The position numbers and the translations under genes were made by a program. The notes below the pieces were generated by a model. It was not told where the DNA came from and did not search any database. It was given only the letters and a program-made list of their open reading frames with translations. A DNA stretch of 56,745 nucleotides, taken from positions 1 through 56,745 of the forward strand of contig JARGGA010000001.1 of NCBI GenBank assembly GCA_029210805.1, given 5' to 3'. Shown here one piece after another: positions 20,377 through 28,152 of the stretch (position 1 is the first letter of the stretch; every line of letters begins with the position of its first letter). This DNA is from Candidatus Thorarchaeota archaeon (lineage in GTDB: Archaea > Asgardarchaeota > Thorarchaeia > Thorarchaeales > Thorarchaeaceae).

Positions 20377-21165
20377 TTAGGTTTCTTTCAAGAATTCAAT
20401 CATCTTTGCGTTCAGTTCATCCTTTATTTGAACTGCTGACGAATGTCCGCATCCTGGATACACTGCAAGCTCTGAATTAGGAATTAGCTCTGCAGCAGTC
20501 TTTGCTAGAGATATATTGAACACCTTGTCCAAATCCCCGTGTACAATGAGTGTTGGAAATTTCATTTCTTTCAGACGTTCTGTAGCATCAAACATCGCAA
20601 GCCCAAGCCCTGCGGCCATAACACCATCAGGGTTGAGAAGATTCTCTTTATTGAATAGGTAATCCATGAGTTCTTTGTTGTTCTCAATGAATTCCTCTGG
20701 ATAGCACGAATTTGTTGCAGTACGAAAGTAAGCCTCATCCCCACCTTCAACTTGTGCTTCTCTCCAGCTGAATACCTCATCAACGGTTTCTTCCGTGATT
20801 TTGAACCCGGTACTAATCAGAACGAGCCGGTCTACTCTCTCAGGATAATCCAAGGCAAGCTGTTGTGCAATGAGACCCCCCATCGATTGTCCTGCAACAT
20901 GAACCTTTGAAATGCCAAGATGATCTAGCAGAGCAATCATATCTTGTGCAAATATCGGGACTAGTACGGCATCCATACCGGGACCACTTGAACGACCATG
21001 TCCTCGCTGATCAACTAAAATGAGTTGGAAGTGCTTGGAGAGAGTTCCCTCTTGAAATTCCCAGCCTCTGAGGTCACTACCTAGACCATGAATGAGTAGT
21101 AACGGAGGTCCTTCACCAACAATTCGGTAATGCAATCGAACATCATTAACTGCTAACTCAGGCAT
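20377..21165 (-). CDS. Alpha/beta hydrolase
   Basis: LLLIHGLGSD (oxyanion region), nucleophile elbow GQSMGG, and a C-terminal GCGHS histidine region. Confidence 0.85.
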   Translation of the reverse strand: MPELAVNDVRLHYRIVGEGPPLLLIHGLGSDLRGWEFQEGTLSKHFQLILVDQRGHGRSSGPGMDAVLVPIFAQDMIALLDHLGISKVHVAGQSMGGLIAQQLALDYPERVDRLVLISTGFKITEETVDEVFSWREAQVEGGDEAYFRTATNSCYPEEFIENNKELMDYLFNKENLLNPDGVMAAGLGLAMFDATERLKEMKFPTLIVHGDLDKVFNISLAKTAAELIPNSELAVYPGCGHSSAVQIKDELNAKMIEFLKET

Positions 21166-21284
21166 ATCAACAAGCCTCCAGAGATAAGACCACTAGAGGA
21201 TTATACTGCTGGCACTTAAGATATTCGAGATTGAGCCAAAACGGCTATATTCATTTCAGAATCTCAAACAAACTACACAATCGT

Positions 21285-21303
21285 GCCGAGGTAGCCAAGT
21301 GGC
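21285..21303 (+). other. Orphan tRNA 5'-end-like fragment (acceptor plus D-arm of a class II tRNA)
   Basis: GCCGAGGTAGCCAAGTGGC matches 17 of 19 positions of the 5' end of tRNA-Leu at 24666 (GCCGAGGTAGTCAAGAGGC). No anticodon or T arm follows. It abuts the stop codon of the next gene. Confidence 0.35.
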
Positions 21304-22488
21304 TTAGGAAGGCTCCAGTCCTTGGTTATTTATCTCTTTTTTATGTATGGTCTTTCGTCGATACAGCATCACCCCTGTGATGGCTATCACTACTACACCA
21401 ATTAGTGATGCAATTGAAATAAACAATGGACCAGTAAATCCCTGCGAAAGCATAGCCCCTGATATATTTCCATTTGTGGTCCGCAAAATTTGCCCTCCAA
21501 AACCTGCAGTCCATCCATGGGTTTCATTGATAAAATCCACAGACATCATCCGTGATGCACTGGTACTAACTGATTGAGAGTACCAAGTCACTCCTCCATC
21601 TGGAGTATGCATTACGGGTACTGAATCTCCCACAATCCATCCATTGGATGCATCAATAAACAAAACATCTGAAAGATACTGTGCCCGGAATCCAGGTATT
21701 GGCGAGTTCATGGGAATGGGGGTTTCGTTCCATGTAGTTCCATCGCTTGTTTCAGCAAGCATGTTGTCATCTACAGCGAAGCCTCTGTTAGACGTTGAAA
21801 AACTCAAAGACCATCCTCCTTTGTTGAATACCATTTCCCATGTTTCACCACCATTGATACTGTGGTAAATTCCATCAAATCCAATCCCATCTATCAATGA
21901 TTCAGAATGAATGAATAGTCGTCTGATTGTATCGTCAAATGACCAGCTTTCACACTCAGTCCAGTTTCGACCACCATCTATTGTTTTGAACAGAGTTTTG
22001 CCTGTTGCGGCCCATCCAATCGACCCGTTGAAGAAACCTACTTGACTGAACATATTTCCGAATCCTAGAAAATCAACATAGGACCATGAGCTTCCACTGT
22101 TATTGGTGAAGAATAAACCACCAAGTGCTGTCACCCAGACTGTTTCATCGTCCACGATACTCATCTGGCCAAACTCCTGTGATTCATCCTGGAGTTGCAG
22201 GTCCCAGGTCACTCCTCCATCAGTGGTGGAAAGGATAATTCCATTCCAGCTATTTGGGGTAGCTCTTCCAGCAACCCAGCCATGAGTGGCATTGACAAAA
22301 TTAATGGACCTGAAGACTGCTTCTTCGTATCCTGAATCTACCACAGTCCAAACGTAATTACTTGTTTCTTGATTGGTGACACCATTTGCAGATGCGATAG
22401 GGATTAAGAGGATAATCATGGTGACTAAGACAATAGCTGTTGCACATCCATGTTTTTTCATAACTTTGTTTGATACGACCAGACTCAT
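21304..22488 (-). CDS. BNR/Asp-box (Ycf48- or sortilin-like) beta-propeller protein, secreted, with C-terminal TM anchor
   Basis: Six repeats of the S/T-x-D-G-G-x-T-W type (TTDGGVTWD, TNNSGSSWS, TIDGGRNWT, SINGGETWE, TSDGTTWN, TPDGGVTWY), a signal peptide and a C-terminal TM. Confidence 0.75.
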   Translation of the reverse strand: MSLVVSNKVMKKHGCATAIVLVTMIILLIPIASANGVTNQETSNYVWTVVDSGYEEAVFRSINFVNATHGWVAGRATPNSWNGIILSTTDGGVTWDLQLQDESQEFGQMSIVDDETVWVTALGGLFFTNNSGSSWSYVDFLGFGNMFSQVGFFNGSIGWAATGKTLFKTIDGGRNWTECESWSFDDTIRRLFIHSESLIDGIGFDGIYHSINGGETWEMVFNKGGWSLSFSTSNRGFAVDDNMLAETSDGTTWNETPIPMNSPIPGFRAQYLSDVLFIDASNGWIVGDSVPVMHTPDGGVTWYSQSVSTSASRMMSVDFINETHGWTAGFGGQILRTTNGNISGAMLSQGFTGPLFISIASLIGVVVIAITGVMLYRRKTIHKKEINNQGLEPS

Positions 22489-22528
22489 ACTTCGTCACCT
22501 TTGATTATCCTACACACTTTTCTAGTTT

Positions 22529-24373
22529 CTATTCCGGTACTGGACCTCCTCCTCCACCGCCGCCGCCAGGCAGAGTGACGTATATTGTGTCACTTCCTAG
22601 GTAGTGGTCCTGTGAATCATATGCCTGAACCATCACTTGCATTTGCACATAACCCTGAAGAAGCGACCAGGAAACATAGTAATCGCCACTTGTATATGGT
22701 GTATAGTCAGTTCCTGCATTCATATATCCGGTCCAATAGCCCGCACTTGTTTTGTACCTGACAGACACTTTGACATAATCCATTGCGGAGTAATGATTCG
22801 CCCGCACATAGCCAGTTACGCCATTATACTGCCATGAACTGTATATCAGACTTGATGCTGGAATAGGGTCAGTAGAACTAAGTGGATCATACCCCCACGA
22901 AATCTCATTCCCGTCACTGAGTATATCGCCATCAGTACTCCATGCTGTTGGGCTTGTTCCATGATAAAGAACCTCGTTGCCATCTGACAAACCGTCATTA
23001 TCAGAATCCCAATCGTTCGGATCTGTTCCATACACGTAGATTTCTGCATCATTATCTAATCCGTCACCATCACTATCAGGACCACGCACCCAATCTGTAA
23101 TGTCATCATACGTTTCTTTGTTTGTTTCATCAACAACCAGTCTGCTATGATCTACATCATAAAATTGTCTTGTTTCAGCAAATGAAAGATATGCTCTACT
23201 CTCACCAACAAGAGGATCGCTATATTCTCCATGTATAAGTAAAGCTGGTAGTCCCAACACCGGATCGATTCCAGCTCCGGTATACCATCTAATACCATCT
23301 GAATATGAACTAGGATCATAATTCAAAGAGAGCATAAGCGGCGAAAGGGGATTAACAGAATAGAATACTGGACTCGGCCAATACTGTGCTTCATCTGCAA
23401 ATAACGGCAATATAGTTGAGATGATGGCGATGGGATTAAGCGGATTAGCAAGAAGTGTGCCATGATTTGGAGTGCCCATAGTAACAACACAACCAATGTC
23501 TATTCCTGCATTCTCCAAGTCGGTCCGATGGTTCATGAGCATTGTGCGAATAATTATGCCCCCCAAACTATGTCCAACAAAATTGATCTGGGTACCGGAG
23601 GAGTGCTGGATTAGAACGTCGTACAGATGCTCTGCATAGTCTGTGACTGACGAGGTGTAATGCAGATTGTTTACAGCATTCATATCATTCCTGTCCACTC
23701 CATATGCAGTGAAGTACGAGAACTGGTTTATTGCCGAAAACGATGAGCCAAGATCTGTTTGTAGATATGAACGTAAGCTTTCCATATCACTGACTTTTCC
23801 CCAGTATCCATGAACCAAGTATAGCACTCGACCAAGTGGATGGAGCATAGCTTTTTGGCACTCGGCCACTCTAGAAAATGGCAAATCGGCTACTGCTTCC
23901 TTATCGAGAACACTCAGTAAAATCAGAGATGCCAATATGGCACCAGATTCAGCATCGATTCTCCCACTAAATCCAAAGATTGCATTTGCTTCATCGGACG
24001 GGGAATTGCATGCCAAGACGACAGTTCTTCCAAGCTCGCATTCTGCTATCCGCCTGTAGAGATCTGGCCACGATACCAAAATGTCTTGCATTAGAAGTCC
24101 TGATTGTTGCCCATGACCAACAATAACTAATGAGTCGCCTGATACATAATTCGAAAATACACATTCTAATGATGTTTTAGCAACTTGTATTTCACTATTC
24201 TCAATTTGCTTAATGAATGTTTCAACCGCCAATACTGTATTTGTATCTCCATTGTCAGTGTTGACTAGCCATATTGTTTCCGTTGTGGATCTGTGGTATA
24301 GATTAACCCCGGAGATTGGCAATAGAAGCATTCCAGCTAGTAATACAACTAGTATATACTCTTCCTTTTTCAC
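22529..24373 (-). CDS. Secreted multidomain protein: N-terminal His/Cys domain, PGAP1/lipase-like alpha/beta hydrolase, TSP3-type Ca-binding repeats, beta-rich C-terminus ending in poly-Gly
   Basis: Signal or TM start. LVIVGHG...VVLACNS. LYLVHGYWG, FVGHSLGG, MGTPNHG. DSDGDGLDNDAEIYVYGTDPNDWDSDNDGLSDGNE. Ends PGGGGGGGGPVPE. Confidence 0.7.
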   Translation of the reverse strand: MKKEEYILVVLLAGMLLLPISGVNLYHRSTTETIWLVNTDNGDTNTVLAVETFIKQIENSEIQVAKTSLECVFSNYVSGDSLVIVGHGQQSGLLMQDILVSWPDLYRRIAECELGRTVVLACNSPSDEANAIFGFSGRIDAESGAILASLILLSVLDKEAVADLPFSRVAECQKAMLHPLGRVLYLVHGYWGKVSDMESLRSYLQTDLGSSFSAINQFSYFTAYGVDRNDMNAVNNLHYTSSVTDYAEHLYDVLIQHSSGTQINFVGHSLGGIIIRTMLMNHRTDLENAGIDIGCVVTMGTPNHGTLLANPLNPIAIISTILPLFADEAQYWPSPVFYSVNPLSPLMLSLNYDPSSYSDGIRWYTGAGIDPVLGLPALLIHGEYSDPLVGESRAYLSFAETRQFYDVDHSRLVVDETNKETYDDITDWVRGPDSDGDGLDNDAEIYVYGTDPNDWDSDNDGLSDGNEVLYHGTSPTAWSTDGDILSDGNEISWGYDPLSSTDPIPASSLIYSSWQYNGVTGYVRANHYSAMDYVKVSVRYKTSAGYWTGYMNAGTDYTPYTSGDYYVSWSLLQGYVQMQVMVQAYDSQDHYLGSDTIYVTLPGGGGGGGGPVPE

Positions 24374-24634
24374 TCTATGAAACTCATTTCTTAGCCACTA
24401 ATCTTCATTCAAAAAGAAGGAAGACACTGATAGAGGTTGGATGATTCTATTTAAGCAAAACGGTTGTTTTGCAAATTTGAAACTTCGATTTGAGAGATGA
24501 TATAGCATATGTAAAATATTTGGAAACAATCTACCTCAGAGTACTTGCAAAGAATTCAAACGAGAGTTTTTTCATGGACTAGTTATCTACGCTCTTTTCC
24601 TCAACAACGTAAGAAAGCCAGCAATCCAAAATGA

Positions 24635-24642
24635 CTATATAC
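24635..24642 (+). promoter_or_regulatory. TATA box for tRNA-Leu
   Basis: CTATATAC centred about 28 nt upstream of tRNA position 1. Confidence 0.4.
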
Positions 24643-24665
24643 TGATACGATTTCTGAGAAGGTAA

Positions 24666-24777
24666 GCCGAGGTAGTCAAGAGGCCAAAGACGGTGGACTC
24701 AAGATCTAAGGCATGACGCCCAATGGGATATCCACTCCTGTAGGGGTTCGCGAGTTCAAATCTCGTCCTCGGCACCA
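24666..24777 (+). tRNA. tRNA-Leu (anticodon CAA) with 26-nt intron (24704-24729) at the canonical 37/38 site; encoded CCA
   Basis: Acceptor GCCGAGG/CCTCGGC. D arm GTC-AAGAGGCCAAA-GAC. Anticodon stem GTGGA (24693-97) pairs with TCCAC (24731-35). Spliced loop CTCAAGA. Long variable arm CCTGTAGGGG. T arm GCGAG-TTCAAAT-CTCGT. ACCA tail. Confidence 0.9.
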
Positions 24778-24829
24778 CTATTTCCGAATATCATTTTTAA
24801 TTGGTTAGAAAAGGAGATAGAATAAGAAT

Positions 24830-25312
24830 GTGGATGTAATTACTTTCCAGAAACCCGCATTGTGTTCGTATGAGTTCAAAAGGATGTGTCAGCAATGTAA
24901 TAGTATGAAAGGACTAGGGATGTGGCTCAATTCTAAGGATAGAGCTATACTGAAAGCCCGAAGGAAGAAATCTTCTTCTAAAGGGATGTCCTCATCTCCC
25001 CAGAAGTCACCAGCTTCGAAAGGGAGGTCCGTGGCCGACTGCTATGACCAGATGACTCTTGTAGAATCTATTGCGAGCAGTGAAGATCCTGCCATGGTAA
25101 ATACTGTGGAGACACCGTCTGCATCCGGAACTACTGGTGAATCTGGAGTGTTGCAGCGGACAGAAGCCAGGTCCCATCCGAGGAATGATGTTCCGATGAA
25201 GAAGGGCAAAGCTCACGTCACTTTGAAAGACAATAGTCTTTCAGATGCTGGTGACAGCTGTCGTGAGAAAGGTGGAACACAGAAGTTTCTTACTGTCCAC
25301 TTACAATTGTAA
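24830..25312 (+). CDS. Hypothetical low-complexity Ser/Lys/Arg-rich protein (160 aa), doubtful
   Basis: Long open frame with a GTG start 13 nt after AAGGAG. N-terminal C-x8-C-x2-C, and the rest looks disordered. No family recognised. Confidence 0.3.
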   Translation: MDVITFQKPALCSYEFKRMCQQCNSMKGLGMWLNSKDRAILKARRKKSSSKGMSSSPQKSPASKGRSVADCYDQMTLVESIASSEDPAMVNTVETPSASGTTGESGVLQRTEARSHPRNDVPMKKGKAHVTLKDNSLSDAGDSCREKGGTQKFLTVHLQL

Positions 25313-25459
25313 GACGCAGGTTCTAAGAATGTGAAGAAGCACTTAGGTCGCTTCAAGCGCCAGTACTTCTTCCAATGTAATTGTGGAATCCTTGCGGGAT
25401 TCAGACACATGAACTGAGGATTCTGTTGAGAAATCGCGAGAATCACTTTTCAAGGGCAA

Positions 25460-25546
25460 TTACCTCCTGAAATAGACCTGAGTGATTGCCTTGGTTGAAA
25501 GCTGATTCTTTCGAGCCTTGGGTGTGTTAGTCTTAGCGAGTGCCAT
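25460..25546 (-). CDS. Micro-ORF B (28 aa, basic): MALAKTNTPKARKNQLSTKAITQVYFRR
   Basis: ATG lies 5 nt after the stop of micro-ORF A and behind GTGAGGT. Paralogous to ORF A. Below the 60-aa track cut-off. Confidence 0.35.
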   Translation of the reverse strand: MALAKTNTPKARKNQLSTKAITQVYFRR

Positions 25547-25551
25547 GATTA

Positions 25552-25653
25552 TTACCTCACAACAGTTCTGAAAGCATAGGTAAGAGCATCAGTGGTGATG
25601 CGCTTGGTGTTCTTCTTCTCGGTTCGGGTTCGGTAGTTAGTTGCTAGAGCCAT
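25552..25653 (-). CDS. Micro-ORF A (33 aa, basic): MALATNYRTRTEKKNTKRITTDALTYAFRTVVR
   Basis: ATG lies about 35 nt downstream of a TATATATA box. Its stop is embedded in GTGAGGTAA, which doubles as a ribosome-binding site for ORF B. Confidence 0.35.
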   Translation of the reverse strand: MALATNYRTRTEKKNTKRITTDALTYAFRTVVR

Positions 25654-25685
25654 AATGTTTCACAAGTATATGTCCTCAGTTTTAG

Positions 25686-25693
25686 TATATATA
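25686..25693 (-). promoter_or_regulatory. Strong TATA box (TATATATA) driving the micro-ORF pair
   Basis: A perfect alternating TA octamer between the upstream gene's terminator hairpin and ATG 25653. Confidence 0.35.
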
Positions 25694-25770
25694 CCAAAGC
25701 CACTATTGAGGGTCACAGAATAAGGTCACATATTGTTACTAGCTGCAAGAAGAAAAACAAGAGGGGAAAT

Positions 25771-25792
25771 CCCTCGATTGATGAATCGAGGG
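25771..25792 (-). terminator. Hairpin plus T-tract after the DJ-1-like gene
   Basis: CCCTCGATT-gatg-AATCGAGGG, a 9-bp stem. On the minus strand it is followed by ATTTCCCCTCTTGTTTTTCTTCT. Confidence 0.45.
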
Positions 25793-25814
25793 ACTTAGAG
25801 GTCTGGTGTTAGGC

Positions 25815-26916
25815 CTAAGGTTTGCGCATCTTGATTACCACGACTATGAGCAATACTGCTCCTATAGCAGCCCCTCCCAAAATGATAACTACCGAATCCA
25901 TTGTGAACAGACTCAAAGCAACTGTTAGATTTGCTGCATTAGTGATAGTAACTGAGTTCTGAAAAGTATCTCTTACAAAGAGATCGATAGCATACTGACC
26001 TTCGGAAAGAATTGTGATGTTCGCAGCATAGGCATCACCCTGTTGGACGGTCAAATCAATTTCAATCGGGGAAACAGACAGGTCGCGCTGACCATTTGCA
26101 TTGGTTGTGTATATCTTTGCAGTTGCAGACTCTATACCGGTTGCATCAGTAATTGTTGCACTGAGGGTGGTCCAACTACCCGGCTCAACTGTGGATGAAG
26201 CAAGAGCCACATCAGAGACTTCTGGTGCATCTTCTTCGAATACTCCAACCGCAGTGGCTATTGCTTCACACATAGCCTGGCGATAGAATCGACTTCGTAC
26301 ACCTGTCACGATGTTTCCTTGAATGACTGGAGGCACTACCCCCAAATAGGTGGCTCCGGCTGCTTCGTATTCTGCAGTATAGTCAGCATTACCAGTTACA
26401 TTTAGTCCATCGATAACATCTGCATTTGCCAATACTCTGACGGCACGACACCAAGCTGCAACAACCACATCCTCTTCCACTGCCGTACGAATCAAATCTA
26501 GAGTAGTTGCATCATTGAGAAGAAAAACATGAGAATTACCAGGCATAATTGATATGCAGTCATATTCTGTGATGTCATCAATATCTGAAATCAATATGTC
26601 CGAATCAACTGTTGTTACTGAACTTTGGTAAGTACAGGGTGTCAGAGTGTCTGCAGTACCTGCAATTGTAACAGTCCAGCCCCATCCCTCAAAAATTGGT
26701 CGAATAAAGTGATAATTTGCACCATAATCATGATCCATGATATAGGATACTCACATCAGATTGTGCGGGCCCCATATTCTTTTCCAGACCATCATTGAGT
26801 GCAGATTGTAAATTCGGATCATCAATTGGGCTAATTGCTATTCTACTTGACACAAGAAATATCGCAATGAAGAATAGCCCAATTCCTGCTTTTTCACCAG
26901 ACCTTAGTTTCCTCAT
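25815..26916 (-). pseudogene. Surface-anchored DJ-1/PfpI-like (class I glutamine amidotransferase-like) protein with Ig-like domain, split by a 1-nt frameshift at ~26730-26738
   Basis: The N-terminal piece (MRKLRSGEKAGIGLFFIAIFLVSS...SDVSILYHGS*) and the body (MDHDYGANYHF...AAWCRAVRVLA...) overlap by 11 nt in different frames. Removing one base gives ...VSILYMDHDYG.... C-terminal TM plus KMRKP. Confidence 0.55.
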
Positions 26917-27039
26917 ATTTTGTTTTGGATATCCTTTGGTACTTAATAGACTGCTTTCTACGCAAGTTTTTGTCGCTGCATGCCAATTTAACAAAATGTT
27001 CCTAGGAAAACATATAATAGCCATTTGCAGATTGGGTAG

Positions 27040-27306
27040 ATGTTCATGACTATGTCTTCAGATTCCAATAGATCACGACAAATTCTTGGAATTGTCATAT
27101 CTGCAGTTCTTTTCGTTGTGTGGATACTTGTTGACATGTACATCTTCCCAGGTATTGGTGGTGCTCTGGGATATCCAGTCTTTGAGATTGTAGCATATGG
27201 CTCTTGGTTTGTTCTGCTCCTAATCATACTGGCAATTCTCTCTGTCACCGGTGCGATTCCAAGTCGGTCAAAACAACAAGAGAGCATATCTTCTGCACAA
27301 CAATAG
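27040..27306 (+). CDS. Small two/three-TM membrane protein
   Basis: 88 aa with hydrophobic segments ILGIVISAVLFVVWILV and SWFVLLLIILAILSV. Confidence 0.45.
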   Translation: MFMTMSSDSNRSRQILGIVISAVLFVVWILVDMYIFPGIGGALGYPVFEIVAYGSWFVLLLIILAILSVTGAIPSRSKQQESISSAQQ

Positions 27307-27350
27307 GCATTAGTCTATCAGGTTTGTCAAAGGAGAATAAGAGTGTGTCA

Positions 27351-27947
27351 ATGGATGGAAAAGTTTGCATTGTAACGGGTGCAAATTCTGGAATAGGAAG
27401 AGAAACCGCTCTGGGATTGGTGAAGCAAGGCGCACATGTTGTAATGCTTGCTAGGGACCAAGAACGCGGGAATTCTGCAAAAGAATATATTATTGAAAAA
27501 GCATGTAGCCAGTCAGTTGACCTGATGATTTGTGACCTCTCAAGCATGGGAGACATTCATCGCTTTTCCAAAGAATTCAGTGAGAAGTACAATCGTCTTC
27601 ACGTACTAGTTAACAATGCGGGAGCGGTCTTTTCTAAACGTGAGGTGACCTCCGAGGGATTTGAAAGAACCTTTGCAGTAAACTATCTCGCCCCTTTTGT
27701 ATGCGTCCATTGCTCTATCCACTGTGTCAGAGAAGGTTTTTTGCATAACAAAGAGGTCCGGGCATGCCCCCACACCACCTATCATGTCAATGAGGGCTTG
27801 GCAGAGTTCAAGCATCTCATCAATGGGATCAGAAGTCATAGCACTACAAGACAGCATTGTGTCATATTGCTTTCCATATGTTCAAGTTACAAATCAGAAC
27901 GCAAGGTGAGTGTAACCAGACTTAACGAGCATTCAGGGAATGGTTAA
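27351..27947 (+). pseudogene. Short-chain dehydrogenase/reductase, disrupted after the Rossmann half
   Basis: Intact CIVTGANSGIGRET and NNAG up to NYLAPF (27698). After the CCCCTTTT run at 27691-27698, SDR-like sequence continues only weakly in the next frame (LYASIALSTVSEKV). No intact Ser-Tyr-Lys segment, and too short. Confidence 0.5.
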
Positions 27948-27999
27948 TAGTCACTTTGTCATGCCCTTCCAAAGAACTTTGACAAGGACGTGCTTGTAA

Positions 28000-28128
28000 A
28001 TGTGTAAGTATTGCCTAAAACATGGTGACGGCGGAAAGTGGTACGAGAATGCTCGGCTGTATTCCAACGATTTAGCAGATGAGCATAATGCTCGTGAGTA
28101 TCTTGAGGAACAGTGGCGCGGAATTTAG
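28000..28128 (+). other. N-terminal 42 codons (MCKYCLKHGDGGKWYENARLYSN...) in frame with the next Fe-S ORF but closed by TAG 28126-28128
   Basis: Same reading frame as 28153..28899. An N-terminus of the form M-C-x-x-C-x-x-H-G-x-G-x-K-W-Y is what I recall for this Fe-S protein family. Confidence 0.4.
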
Positions 28129-28152
28129 GTAGATTTCCTACCTAAACGCGGG

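Noticed and set aside
21285-24777. Integrated mobile element bounded by a tRNA fragment and the intact tRNA-Leu
   Set aside because: The interval contains no integrase, transposase or other mobility gene. The repeat is only 19 nt with 2 mismatches. The interval carries just two ordinary secreted-hydrolase genes. It is kept as an observation and not called a mobile element.
25007-25446. Minus-strand ORFs 25213..25446 and 25007..25216
   Set aside because: The translations are Cys/Arg/Phe/Trp-rich and look non-protein-like. They are antisense shadows of the longer plus-strand frame.
28126-28128. In-frame TAG read as pyrrolysine
   Set aside because: TAG is used as an ordinary stop by several confident genes in this window: the HEAT protein (824-826), oppB (4561-4563), the second OsmC (14312-14314), valS (14344-14346) and the aldo/keto reductase (19281-19283). 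No pyl genes are present in the window. A pseudogene, a sequencing error or an internal start is more likely.
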